From assembly GCA_002633005.1 (NCBI GenBank), contig NMRA01000017.1:655587-719586 (forward strand): a stretch of 64,000 nucleotides of DNA. Direction: 5' to 3'. Below the pieces are notes generated by a model that ran no database searches, was not told where the DNA came from, and saw nothing but the letters and a program-made list of their open reading frames with translations. How positions within the stretch are numbered: the first letter of the stretch is position 1; the number at the start of each line of letters is the position of its first letter. Source of the DNA: Phoronis australis. Taxonomy: Eukaryota; Animalia; Phoronida. Of this stretch, positions 25,801-37,504 are shown piece by piece. The position numbers and the translations under genes were made by a program.

Positions 25801-28457
25801 CGAGCATGCGTCTCTCCGCGTCCACTTCCATGACAGTCTCCAGGGCAGTCTTATCACTAGGTGCCATCTCACGCTTCAACAGGTGGATATCAAAGTGGTC
25901 AGGGATGGGTACCTCACGATTACCTAAGCAATTCAGCAGACTGGTTTTCCCTAGGGAGCAAAAAATCAGTACATAATCAATAACATAATTACATTGAAAT
26001 AACTTTCTATTCACTCTTCAAATACATGTCAACTATATGAGGATTGTTATCGAATGCACCAGTCACAGTGATCAACACCTGACCAATAGAGGACCCTGAG
26101 CGAGATATGCACCCATTGCGTGAATCACAAACAGCCAAGATACAAGGGGTAGTTAATATATTCCCATTGTTACTAGAACCCATTCAAAAATCAACGTCTT
26201 CTTTGATACCCTCATTTGGAACACATAGCTCAAATTTCACGAAGATCCAGCGAAGAACTTGGAGATGTTCAAAGCAGACGGAAAGATTATTTGTCAATAT
26301 GGTATTCATTCTCTTACAAAGTACAGTAGGGAGTTAAGAGTTTATTGGGGTTGGTCAACCCTACAATTGCGAATTTAAAAATGGTGCATGTACACATTGC
26401 CAGTGGTTTGAGTTTCTGGCTCATTTGGAAACAATCCAAGATCATTTGACTGTGGCAATGTTTTGAACCCCCACATGTATGCAAGCAGCTCCACATGTAC
26501 ATATTTATCTCCACATGTACGAAGTTATCTCCACATGTAACCGTATGCAGCATTTGCAGAGGCATTGAACTTGTAACACCAGCCATCAAAAGCAATGCCG
26601 AGCGACCATTTCTACTTTTTGTAACTGGGCTTCATTTCTTATGCATTTTTCTGATATTTTTTTGAGCAACATGTTTGACACTTTTTGGTAAGGCGATTTA
26701 TCGACGAGCCAATCTCGTCACGTGATGACTGCACTATTCAGGGACCATGGACACATGCTGTTTTTGGTTTCATGTTATTTACCTGAAGGATGTCATTTCG
26801 AAATTGAACGTACAGAATTCGGCTTATACAGACATAAAAGAACTGACTTATTTATCTAGAACTTTAAGAGCTACACTATACAACCACAGGCATACACATC
26901 TGTAGACTGATCCAGCAGCACTTATTTCAGTTTCGCCACCAAATGTTGCATTTAAAACATCCGAATAAAAGCAATCAAACCCGTAACCTTTCTATTGATA
27001 AACTAAAGAGTAGGCCAAAGCAGAATTCTGGAACAGTACAAGTCCAGTTTCCACAGTAGAGAAATCTAATGTTTCTACTCACCACAGCCATTGAGACCAA
27101 TTAGACCATAGCGACGGCCATTGTTCAACTCTAACTTGGTGTCGCTTAGCAACTCACAGCCGTGGAACGTGATGGAAAAATTGTGGATGTGGATGTCCCG
27201 GCTCTCCATATGAGAGGCCAACACCCCTGTGCATGACCTGTACTGAGCCGTCAGGTCCAGACCGGACAGGTCATCGGCAACTTTATCCACTTGACCTGTG
27301 GAGGATAAACTGAAGAAATAACACCCAACACATGAAGTAATGGTCATTTGCTTAGCACTTTATGACAATTTGTCCAGCATACTGTTAGTAATCGGAGTTT
27401 GCAGAAAGCAATGGCGGCAAGCCACGTGGGATTCGGCAACTTTTTCAACACCTGGCTGTACCAGGAGATACTTCTTCGTGGACTTCAACGTCTCTCACTG
27501 TTACTGGTAAATCTGTGAGGTCACAGGTATAGGGTGCCAATTAGGGTACTTTTAGACGAAGCAACCACAAGCAAAAATGTTTCAAAGCAAAAATATTCTA
27601 GTATAAGACTTAAATTTAACTTCTCACTCTAAGGCGCTGGATGTTCTACTACTTATGCAGTATTATCAGCGGCTCATTTTGAGTCATTACAGTTCATATT
27701 TTCTTGCCGTGACTTTGGCTCACTTAAGACGAAAACGATGCAACGAGTTTGACCTCAAGAAATACAAGTCTTTTATTAAAAGAATCCTAAACAATGTTTC
27801 AGCCCATCAACAGGTATTGAATCTCACTACATCTGAGGCATTATGGAATTATAGCTGGATGGGATAACATGGCTCGAAAAGAACAAAATCCGTTAAATAT
27901 TGTGATTTTATTACAAATGGTCAATTCTCACTGTAGTCTACCAGACATTCACTGAGATTAAGACAAGAGACTTTACCAGTTAAACACACTTACAATACTG
28001 ATGCCATGCATCGAGTGGGGTTCAACCCAGCCAGTAAAGTGTGGGATCCGCAAAATCTCGTCAGAACAAACTCTTACACGAGAATCCAGTTCCTAAAGTT
28101 ATCAACCAGCTTTTGCGAGAGCTCACTTAATTTGGTTAACGTTTGTGTCCCCACTAAGCAACACAATAAATTAATTCAAACTTCACACTTTGTCTTTCAA
28201 ATCTCAAACCAGTAAACCAAACACATGACAAGAAAACCACATTGACAGAGAATGTCAGAAACACACTCGTCCCAGTGATCTCAATACTGGACACTACAAT
28301 TACCATTGACACCATTTGTATGTCCGTCACCATTCACCACTTCTGACACCTCTTCGTTGTCGGCGCCACCTGCTGCTGTCTTTTTCTTGGGCTGACCTCT
28401 TTGTTTGGCAGCTTCCTTTTTCTTGGCGTCTCGTTTTTTCTTGGCGTCTGAAGGCAT
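13841..28457 (-). CDS. ABCF2: ATP-binding cassette sub-family F member 2 (624 aa, complete CDS)
   Basis: 13 phase-consistent exons: 28457-28304, 27295-27083, 25950-25762, 22966-22826, 22464-22338, 21261-21159, 20340-20245, 19474-19355, 18238-18149, 17872-17699, 16820-16692, 15009-14806, 13975-13841 (1875 nt). N-terminus MPSDAKKK. Walker A motifs GLNGCGKT and GPNGAGKST; signatures FSGGWRMR and LSDGQR; two DEPTNHLD; linker [21 protein letters not shown]; no TM domains. Confidence 0.97.
15106..15264. repeat. Minisatellite, 52-bp unit x3 (ABCF2 intron)
   Basis: CTCTAGCAACAGAGCATTGTGGGTGCTTACACTCCAACCATAATCCAATACT at 15106, 15158, 15210. Confidence 0.95.
15794..16146. mobile_element. PIF/Harbinger-type MITE, inverted copy truncated by an assembly gap
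   Basis: Begins GGGCTGTTCCAGCAAAATCTGTGTGGG and is reverse-complement similar to ~18670-19009. Runs into the N-gap at 16147. Confidence 0.82.
16147..16631. other. Assembly gap (ABCF2 intron, inside a MITE)
   Basis: Run of N. Confidence 1.
18465..19009. mobile_element. PIF/Harbinger (Tourist-like) MITE
   Basis: TIRs GGGCTGTTCCAGTAAAATCTGTATGGG / CCCACACAGATTTTGCTGGAACAGCCC. 3-bp TSD TTA (18462-18464, 19010-19012). Second copy at 15794. Confidence 0.88.
19219..19336. repeat. ~52-bp tandem duplication next to an ABCF2 splice donor
   Basis: ACTGACCTCTCTCAACTATTAGCAGAGATGTCAA present twice in tandem. Confidence 0.85.
21273..21580. repeat. Minisatellite, 66-bp unit x~4.7, abutting an ABCF2 splice acceptor
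   Basis: Unit ACCAGTCAATTAGACAGTGATCAGGACCAGGGGCACTGCAGCTGACCACCAAGGGCTTCACTACAC. Explains the 22-aa periodic ORF 21242-21613. Confidence 0.95.
21809..21933. repeat. Minisatellite, 31-bp unit x4
   Basis: ATGATATGAATAATACCAACACAATTCATAA repeated four times with few substitutions. Confidence 0.92.
23988..25452. mobile_element. Non-autonomous TIR DNA transposon, copy 2 (perfect 15-bp TIR, 5-bp TSD)
   Basis: CAGTGTTCTCCACAA ... TTGTGGAGAACACTG, flanked by TGGTA on both sides. Colinear with 710-2032. Lies in an ABCF2 intron. Confidence 0.9.
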
Positions 28458-29554
28458 GTCACTGCAAACAACATGAAAATAGTAAAAACAGAAAAGTCAA
28501 AGAATCCGTGGTTACTTTCTCAAGCGCATCCAGGGTAGTCACTCACCTGAGGGAAAAGGTACCTGTGTCTTCTGAGGGGACTTTTTTCAGGTGAGGAGAA
28601 AAACCCTCCAGACACCATCAATTCCAACGTCCTCCTAGTCACCACCACTTGTTGGCACTGTATCAAGTATAAACCAAAGCTAACATTTTGTGCTTGTTTA
28701 ATCATTACAATGCGTGTGTCCAAACGTGAAAGATTCTTATTGATAGTGGGCGTCCAAATGATACATTGGGCATCCTTGCCAGGGTGTCCATATATTAGTC
28801 CAAATGGACGCCCAGGACGTACACTGCATAAAGGCCTGTAACGAATGTCAACACCAGATGGGCACATATCACAAACCACTCAACACCCTACAGTGTTTTT
28901 CATCCACCTAAAAGTTATGTCGAACGAAAACGAGAAGTGCAGGGTGACATATATGATCGAGCGCCCAGATAATCCAGCGAAATATGTTTGTGAGACCGTT
29001 TCCTGCCATTTACCGACACCTCCTTTCAAGTGACAGCCACCAGATGGTGTTTGACGAGTACCAAGCACTACCCACAGGTGGCCACACAACACGAAGATCC
29101 CCACGAGTGCCCCAATGAAGAGCCTAAAAGCTAGGTTCTCAAATAAAAACAGACTGCCGATACTAGTAGGTAACAATTTTTATTTTAATAGTCATAACGA
29201 CAACAACTATAAATTTTTATTCCACTACTTTTGACCAGATGAAAACCTATTATCTGATGACTGGATCTAGACTACCACGCCAAATGAAAGAACACAGGAT
29301 GAGACAACTACAGAAAGCGATGTACAGTAGTGTAGCCCATATACTACCAGCTGAGGGGCTACGCGTTGCCTATGACTGCCCGGATCTCTAAATCAGAGTC
29401 CATTAAGGCATTATGAATGTTATGAGACTGGATTGGTACACGACCATTGTCGTCTTGACGGAGATCGACGCTAACTGTCAGAGAGGGACAGGAAACTGCT
29501 TGGTTTGCTGAGGGTGCCACCTGGTGTGTGGCTGAGACACCCGTCACTACACTG

Positions 29555-29840
29555 TGTAGTAATAGCCGAGATCACCCGACCCGGGGATCGAACCCGCGAC
29601 CCCCATAAAACCGGCAAGCGTGCTAACCATTCAGCTAATAGGCAATTGCCCGTTAGCGAGTAGCTAACAGAGGCTCATATAATTCACCCGAAGCACATCT
29701 ACAACATTCCCCCCTTTCCTACGGAACGGGCACGCGACAGGAAGGTGAACACCAGGATGTCTCGCATACAGGTCATCAACGTCCCTTGGTACCTTTACCA
29801 CCACAACACAGGTGAACACAAGGTCGTCTCTCATACAGGT
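29555..29840 (-). mobile_element. Second tRNA-box LTR element: 3' LTR (29555-29706), PPT and part of the internal region; remainder lost in gap
   Basis: On the minus strand, PPT AAAGGGGGGAA directly precedes a 152-bp TGTTGTAG...ACTACA unit. The unit contains A-box TAGCTGAATGG and B-box GGTTCGATCCC. Same length and motif order as LTR 2344-2495. Confidence 0.72.
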
Positions 29841-30192
29841 NNNNNNNNNNNNNNNNNNNNNNNNNNNNNNNNNNNNNNNNNNNNNNNNNNNNNNNNNNNN
29901 NNNNNNNNNNNNNNNNNNNNNNNNNNNNNNNNNNNNNNNNNNNNNNNNNNNNNNNNNNNNNNNNNNNNNNNNNNNNNNNNNNNNNNNNNNNNNNNNNNNN
30001 NNNNNNNNNNNNNNNNNNNNNNNNNNNNNNNNNNNNNNNNNNNNNNNNNNNNNNNNNNNNNNNNNNNNNNNNNNNNNNNNNNNNNNNNNNNNNNNNNNNN
30101 NNNNNNNNNNNNNNNNNNNNNNNNNNNNNNNNNNNNNNNNNNNNNNNNNNNNNNNNNNNNNNNNNNNNNNNNNNNNNNNNNNNNNNNNNNNN
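29841..30192. other. Assembly gap (between ABCF2 and INO80C, inside the LTR element)
   Basis: Run of N. Confidence 1.
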
Positions 30193-30734
30193 TTGAAGAC
30201 AACAATTTTTTCGACTGAAAAAAAATTTGTTTCCAATTTCAAAAATTCTTTTTAGATCGACATAGAATGTTGAGAAACTAAAGCCCACCAAGTTTGAGTT
30301 CGATCGGCTCATTAATAAGGTCACGCGGTAAGATCAAAGTTGAAAAACGTCATTTTTACACCTTTTTGTGCCTAAATATATTTTTCACCCCGATTTCAAA
30401 ACTTCGTTCATTGTTGGATAGTCCTTTACTTACTGACTCCAAAAACGTATTAAGTTGCCACTTTTGGTGAGCCCTAATAAGGTCACAGCTGGGGATCAAT
30501 ATTATCATCCCCCCTATGGCCACCGTTGTTGTCACTCGTCCTTTATGTTACTGATGTTGTCATCGTCACTGTCATTGTGAAGGTTGGTCTAAGTTACCGT
30601 CATGATCATTTCTTGGTTTATGTATTGATTACATGATTGAATTTAAAAATCTGGTAAGTTTGGTAAGTGAAACAGTCCAATTTGGGGGTATCACTCAGTA
30701 CTTTATCATTTCATCAAGCTGAGGGGGACCTACT

Positions 30735-31051
30735 TTCAGTGCATATAATGGACTTACACACAATTCACAAGCCATTCAGTGCATATAATGGACTTACACA
30801 CAGTTCACAAGCCATTCAGTGCATATAATGGACTTACACACAATTCACAAGCCATTCAGGGCATATAATGGACTTACACAATTCACAAGCCATTCAGTGC
30901 ATATAATGGACTTACACAGTTCACAAGCCATTCAGTGCATATAATGGACTTACACTCAGTTCACAAGCCATTCAGGGCATATAATGGACTTACACACAGT
31001 TCACAAGCCATTCAGTGCATATAATGGACTTACATACAGTTCACAAGCCAT
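30735..31051. repeat. Minisatellite, 38-40-bp unit x8
   Basis: TTCAGTGCATATAATGGACTTACAC(AC)A(A/G)TTCACAAGCCA repeated eight times. Confidence 0.95.
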
Positions 31052-31141
31052 AGTATGCATGCCATACATCCACAAGTCATCTTGTCTGTATCAGTTGGCT
31101 GTTTGAAGCTGAACTGTCGTAATGATTTGTTGCTTACATAA

Positions 31142-31562
31142 CCAAGTGGTGGAAACAGTTCCACTATAGCACCTCTAAAATCCAGCTGTGATCCGGTAAA
31201 CTTAAATTACGGACCAGATGACACCAAACCCAGGGTATGAATCCATAGATTTGCACCCTGATCCATAGATTTTAACTCCACACAGGTACCGAAAAGACTC
31301 CACACACGATGACCAAAGTGTATTCCCAAAGACAACTAGATTCCATGGCCCTAACCCTAATTCACAGCTAGAATATAAAAGCATGACTTCGGAAACTGGT
31401 TGCCCGAACTTGGTCATCGTGTATGGAGCACTTTCAGTGGCTGTGTTGAGTTTAGGGATGCGAATCTGGGCGATATGGTTGCTGCTGGTCCGGGACTGGA
31501 GATTAGGACGGTCGTAAGTAGAACTTAGGCACTTACACACTTAGACAGTTTCCACCCCGTGG
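31142..31562. mobile_element. Probable degenerate MITE
   Basis: Imperfect inverted termini CCAAGTGGTGGAAACAGT / ACAGTTTCCACCCCGTGG. No clear TSD. Confidence 0.4.
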
Positions 31563-34042
31563 TCAACTGATACTATTAAGTAATTAGCTGAACACTGTCC
31601 TGTGGAAAAACTAGAATGAATTACATGAATCGTGGAGACCTTGTAAGTAATTGCAATTGTTTGATTTGCATGCATAGTTTGTACCTGCGTTAATTGTATC
31701 TGTTAGGGGGAGCATTCAAAATTAATAATGTCAACGCATATTTGCATAAGTTATGGAATTTTTTTGATTTAACGGCCACCGAACTGATTTCATTAAATTC
31801 ATTGACTACGAAAACATGGGTGCAGATACCAAGGTGATTTACATGAAAAAATGGAAACAGAATTTTGCACAATGGTGGCTATTATTTGCAAAAATTATGC
31901 AAATTTATCTTGCAGCAGCCTGTACACTGATTTCGTTAAAATTAATTGACCACAGAAACACTGGAGAAAATATCAATATAATTTACCTGCAGTGCTTTGT
32001 ATTCTACGGCGAAATCTCACCAATTTAGGATGCAGTATGGCGGCCAAGTGAAATTTCATTTTCTCAAATGTTCACAAAAAGATATGTTGCACTAAATCGA
32101 AGTCTTTCCATGTCCAAACTCTGTGTCACAGTTAGCACCAAACAATATCTTAAAATGTGTTGTCATAGTAACAATGCTAGAAGACTTTGAAAAAATGAAG
32201 AAAATGGCAATTTTGGTGATTGCTTTTGTCGGAAATTGGTGAAATTTTATCGTAGCTATAGCGCAAGTAGGTTTTTATGCGCCCACATATTTATATGTGG
32301 TTTTGAAAATTGGCATATATGTTCTCAGTGTGAAGAGGACGTTTGATGATGGTGTCTAACTACTGTGGCGCCTCCTAGTGGTAGTTTTGTTTTGTTTTGT
32401 GCCCATAGTTGTATCGCCTAAGCCCACTACAGGATCTATTAAATTTGTAAATGTATTTATATGAAGATAACAACAGACGACGACGACTTTCAGGCAAATC
32501 CAACGGACGCTGTGCCCACTAGTGGCAATTTCATTTTATTCTGTTTTCTTTTGTTTCACTGAAGTTCCTTGACAGATTTTTATGAATGTCATGTTCCTGT
32601 TTTTGGATGGATTATACGTTTTGCGCCATCCAGTGGCCATTTTTATGATAAAAATAAATAACCCTAAAAGCACACAATTTGCAATGCATTCGTGGGCACA
32701 TTTCTACGCTCTGTGTTGCTCTTGTTGAATAATGGCGGACTTAATTTGAATAAGTTATGCAAATCCACAATGTATCCACCTGTAAACTAGCTCCTTTGAA
32801 TTTACTGACCTTTGAAACTAGGGTAAAAACATCAAAATAATCTATGTATGGTACTTGCTAAGGACATTATTTAAGCAAAAACAGAATTTTGCATAATGCC
32901 GATTTTAATATGCATATTTATAAAATGCTCAAAGCTGACATGAGTTAAAATAGAGTTAAAATGCTTCAATGGGACCACCTTAGTATAACACAGTCAAAAA
33001 AACTTATACTACCAAGAATTACTAGGTCCCTAATGGGTGACTAATAGACTAAGTGTTCGCTATACTGGTAACCAAAATGTCTGTTGTAACTGAAACTCGC
33101 CAGTTACCAAATAAATTTTTCTGAAGTATCAATGGTATATTTTCCAGTCCGGTCGATTTTCAGTGAAGGACCTTGGGCGCTTTTTCAAAAATTATTTTTA
33201 AGTCGCTTTTTGTTTCCACTTTTTAAGGATTTGATTCATTTCTTGTTAATGCATCCTCATATTCCTGACGTCTTTGAACATGGCGATGAGTATTTGTCAG
33301 CTGATTACCATGCTGTTTGTGTGTAAAATGTGTTCATTTTATGCCAACACAAAGCATTCATTTACACCCAAGGTTATTTCAGTAGCACTCTCTTGGCATA
33401 TGTGAACTTGGCTCTTGTATAAATTTCAGATACAGCTTTTATTTTTTATACTTTACCACAAATGCTGAAAATTTTCAACACCACCTCTGTTGTTTTTTTC
33501 TCAAAAAAGCACCCATGGTCGCTTTTTCTTTCTTCATTTCTAAAAAAAGTGAGTTACGTATTTTAATTGGACATCTAGAGTTTATTTTTCACTTTTCTAT
33601 GGAACACAATGGAAGTGCTGTCCTTTCATCAATTGCCATTTTAGTCTATCTTTTACTTGATGTTCCTTTGTCTTATTTGTCCTTCTTACATTCATTCAGC
33701 GTCTGTCTGTCTCCACGATCCATCCATCAGTTTTGTGCAGTATTCATTATATTGCAGTAAGTTGTATTGTATTACTTTTTTATGACCAGCCAATGTTAAG
33801 TACATCAGTCAATCAATAACCACCTGATCATTACATATCCATGGTCTCACAGAACATAGCAGCACATTGTTTACCTTCGGTCATGGAAGGTCAGAGCTTT
33901 CATATCTCTGTGCTTCTTCATGTCAACGCGGCAATGCCTGTTCTATACCTGATGACATAGAGAAAGTGAGAGATTGCTACATTATTAATTGGATACAGTC
34001 CATGTCACATATTATTTCTATTCCAGCCATCTTGTTCTCCAG

Positions 34043-35995
34043 GCTCAACTGCAGTGGATGAATGTACTCTTGAAAGTTCACAAGACTCATTTCCTACAAA
34101 AGACTTAAATCTGGGCAATGATGACGGCTCTGCGATCAGTCTCAAGACGACTGTTGAATCTCAACAACAGAGCACAGAGCCACCTGTGAGAACAGATAAT
34201 AAGCAAAGCAGTCCTGATCAGTCAGAGGTGGAGAAGCCAGCATGTGTTTTCAAAAACCCTGCTTTCATTGTAAGTATAGTAAACTGTAGCCAATCGTTAG
34301 CTTATAGGGACTGGTCAGTGTATTGTAATGATTTTGCAGTTTCCAGGAAATTATAGAAATTAAGTTGGTGCTGTGTTTTTGTACTTTCTCTTACTTTCCA
34401 TTTTTTGAAGTTGATGCTTGTAGTGCAAGAAGTTGGCATTTAACTTGCTCAATAAACACATTAGTCAAAATTTTTAAGATTACAGATTTAGCTTTGGAGT
34501 AGTTATTTGTAATATTATTGTGTTTTTGTAGTTGTCATTATTTAGTAAGAGCCTGTTGACGATGACGTGTGTGACACTGGGGAGTACTCTCGTACACAGT
34601 GCACAGATCTACTTGTGTTTTCAGCATCCAACTGCAGAGGGTGCTGGTCCTAAGAAAAAAGTTTGGAAGAATGTCAAGCAAATTATGGCTCTTGAAAAAT
34701 CAACATTAAATCCCAACAGCGTCACTTGTAAGCTGTGTTTATTTTTTGTTTAGAATTCTTAGAATAATCGTTGCTAAACCCAGCTGACCATGTCATTGGT
34801 TCATTTTCTAAAGAACTTAGGAACATTGATTTGCAAATTTACTCGTACTCATTTCCCAATCAATGTTTCTAACGAGTTGCATCGGAGACAGTTGTGTACA
34901 GTGCTTATGAACCCACTTCTCATGTTTTGATCTGCTTGTATTTTGTGCTCAGCTCAAAGCATGGTAAATTGTCAAATTTTCTTTCACATGACAAAGATGC
35001 AGGATTCTTGAGGGATAACTTGTGAAAGTTTCATTAAACTCAATCAGCCATTTATGAGATATGATGGTCTAAAGTTGGTCAAAATTGGGCATTTTTCTGC
35101 ATCCTATGTAATGTTAAGGATAATGATGAGCATGGTCCTGTTTAGCAAAGTTGATACGGATAAACTGGCAAACAGATAATTGGTGGTTTTTCCGAAAGTG
35201 ATGGATTATCCAGTGTTTACTGTATGTGGTTGCTGTCTTGATGTTGTGACTGAAAGATCACTTACTCAATTTTGTGTATTTAGGGCTTCTAATTTTGCCA
35301 CTGTCTTATTTCAGATGGCTCCATAGAAGCCCCGCCCTCCTTCAAGCCTGCCAAAAAGTATTGTGATATAACTGGTCTTGAGGTATTGAGAAAATCTTGA
35401 ATTTATAAGAATAAACTTGTTCATTTTACAGCAATACGGTGTGGTTGATTTCTAGTGCTTTTTATGTAACTATTTAACAAGACAGCATACTGTGTGGTGA
35501 AAGGATTTCCTTTTTATCAGCCTACAATTTGAACTATTAATTCTGAAATGGGTTCATGCATTCTGCAAGTAAATTGTAACGTTGTCGTAAAATTAATGCT
35601 GTTATGTAACAGTAATTACAACAAACATCAATATTTTCTTAGTTGGTCTTGAGCAAACTATGTCTTGCTACTGATTGGCAGACATTAGTTGTTATCTTGG
35701 AGTTGAGAATGAAACTGAGGTATCAAAATTAAGTCACAGATTTTTTGCACCAATTAAAACATGGGTATTGTGATAGTTCATTGGTCACCATCTCGTCAGA
35801 AGTAGTCTCTGCGCTCATTGAGAAGCCGAGCAGTAGGACTGTCATGCTTTTATGTTCTTTCAGGCCAGATACACTGACCCTCATACCAAACTGCGGTACG
35901 CTCGAACGGAGGAATATTCAAGGATACGCATGTTGCCCAGTGACATTGTGTCAGGTCTGTTGGCCTTGAGGAAAGCTAACTCTACTGTGCCTTGA
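34043..35995 (+). CDS. INO80C: INO80 complex subunit C (Ies6, YL1_C domain); 5'-partial
   Basis: Exons 34043-34269, 34625-34727, 35315-35382, 35864-35995. Translation: ...FKNPAFI-HPTAEGAGPKKKVWKNVKQIMALEK...YGSIEAPPSFKPAKKYCDITGLE-ARYTDPHTKLRYARTEEYSRIRMLPSDIVSGLLALRKANSTVP*. Confidence 0.94.
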
Positions 35996-37065
35996 TGAAT
36001 GAATGGTTGTTCATTTATCGGTACAAATTGCTATGCAAGTGTCTCAGAAAAGCCATTAGGAATCGACCACTGTTGCGTAAGAATATGTGACTGAAAAATC
36101 TCTGAGAGATAGTTGTGCTTGGTCATCAGCGAAACACTCCAAGGAAGCATACGTCTAGTTCTACATAAATGGCGGCGTGCAGATTTAGGTTGGATCTGAC
36201 TGCTTAGCTTGATCAGGAGTCTGTTTATTAGGAAGTGACTTTAGGCGAGAGTCACAAAACTTTGTCCTACATTCCACACACCTGTTTCCGAAAAATAAAT
36301 TGCCTATACTTCAGCAAAGCACAAAGTTTTTAAGAATATACTAATAATAGCTTGTTATTCGAATCATGTATATTAGTTATTATTAAAATGGGAGGTGATA
36401 ACTATTACATGACAAAAATGTTTCTCAGTAATATTATTGTGAGACAAAATCTCTGACTCGAGCTAAAAGTCTCATGAAAATGGAGTCAGAAATACTGAGA
36501 AATGCTTACTGAAGTACGCTACATCTAATGCATGACTGACTTTTGAAGTCAATCTGACCACCGCTGTGGCCATTTTGCACAACTGGTCTTTGAAAGAGGG
36601 TGTGAAAGACCTGACTGAGTGTATGATCTGTGACCATAGTTCTGTGACACGTCTGGTGGAAGTCGAATGGTGCCAAAGCTAAGAGATACCGACATAAACA
36701 TAGAAAACACTATGAAAATTACTGTTGCCACAGTCTTTTGGAAGTTTCTCCTTCTTAGCAAAATAGTAAAAGTCCACCAGCTTCTTTTATTTCAGATTGA
36801 TCAAAAGTTATAATAGGTTTTTGCATCCTGAACTGACCATGATTACTGTCAGTCACTTGGAAAGACTCTATTACTGTCTGTCAGTAGTACCAGTCGTCAT
36901 GAAACAACTTTCTCAAATTAAGCTCTTTACATCAGCACTGTTTTTGATGACGTCATATCTGTGCGTACTTAGGCACATGTGCCTGTTTGAAGCTGTGCCT
37001 GTATCATGCTCATGTGCCTGTTGTAGTAGCGTTTGTTATTGTGACAAGTACGCTGTTCATTAATA

Positions 37066-37504
37066 CCGGGATTTTCCGTAGATAAGCCCACCCAATGAAA
37101 CGCCCATGGGCGTTTATTCAGAAAATTATACCATAGGCGTTTATGTGGTGTTGCAACTTCTGGTGTCAAGTGTCCATAGTTTGGCATTTCTTCAGAAAAT
37201 GTCCTCTTAAAATCTCACTCAGCGACTCAACTTTTAGCCACAAGTTCAGTTTTGTGGAGCATTTATCATTTATAAAAATGACCAAAGTATCGCAGAACTT
37301 AGTATCTATTAACTTAAAATTAAAAAAACAGTTTTATGCAAAAAAATTGCTGATATCTTCATATCAGCGGAGGCTATGACTTTCCGTTTACACGCCCCTG
37401 CCTTTCCAAATACCCGAACGGGCATTTATTTGGTGTTACTGAAATGCCTGAAAATTTTCATTTCCCCAATACATGCCCATGGGCTTATTTAAGGAAAACC
37501 TTGG
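37066..37504. mobile_element. Tc1/mariner (pogo-like) MITE
   Basis: TA|CCGGGATTTTCCGTAGATAAGCCCA ... TGGGCTTATTTAAGGAAAACCTTGG|TA: imperfect TIR with TA flanks and internal GCCCATGGGC palindromes near both ends. Confidence 0.7.

Noticed and set aside
29570-29645. Functional tRNA gene
   Set aside because: A and B boxes are present, but I could not fold a convincing acceptor or anticodon stem, and it is embedded in a TG..CA unit next to a PPT.
30735-31051. CRISPR-like array
   Set aside because: Units are contiguous with no unique spacers, there are no cas genes, and the context is eukaryotic. The same applies to 9652-9824 and 15106-15264.
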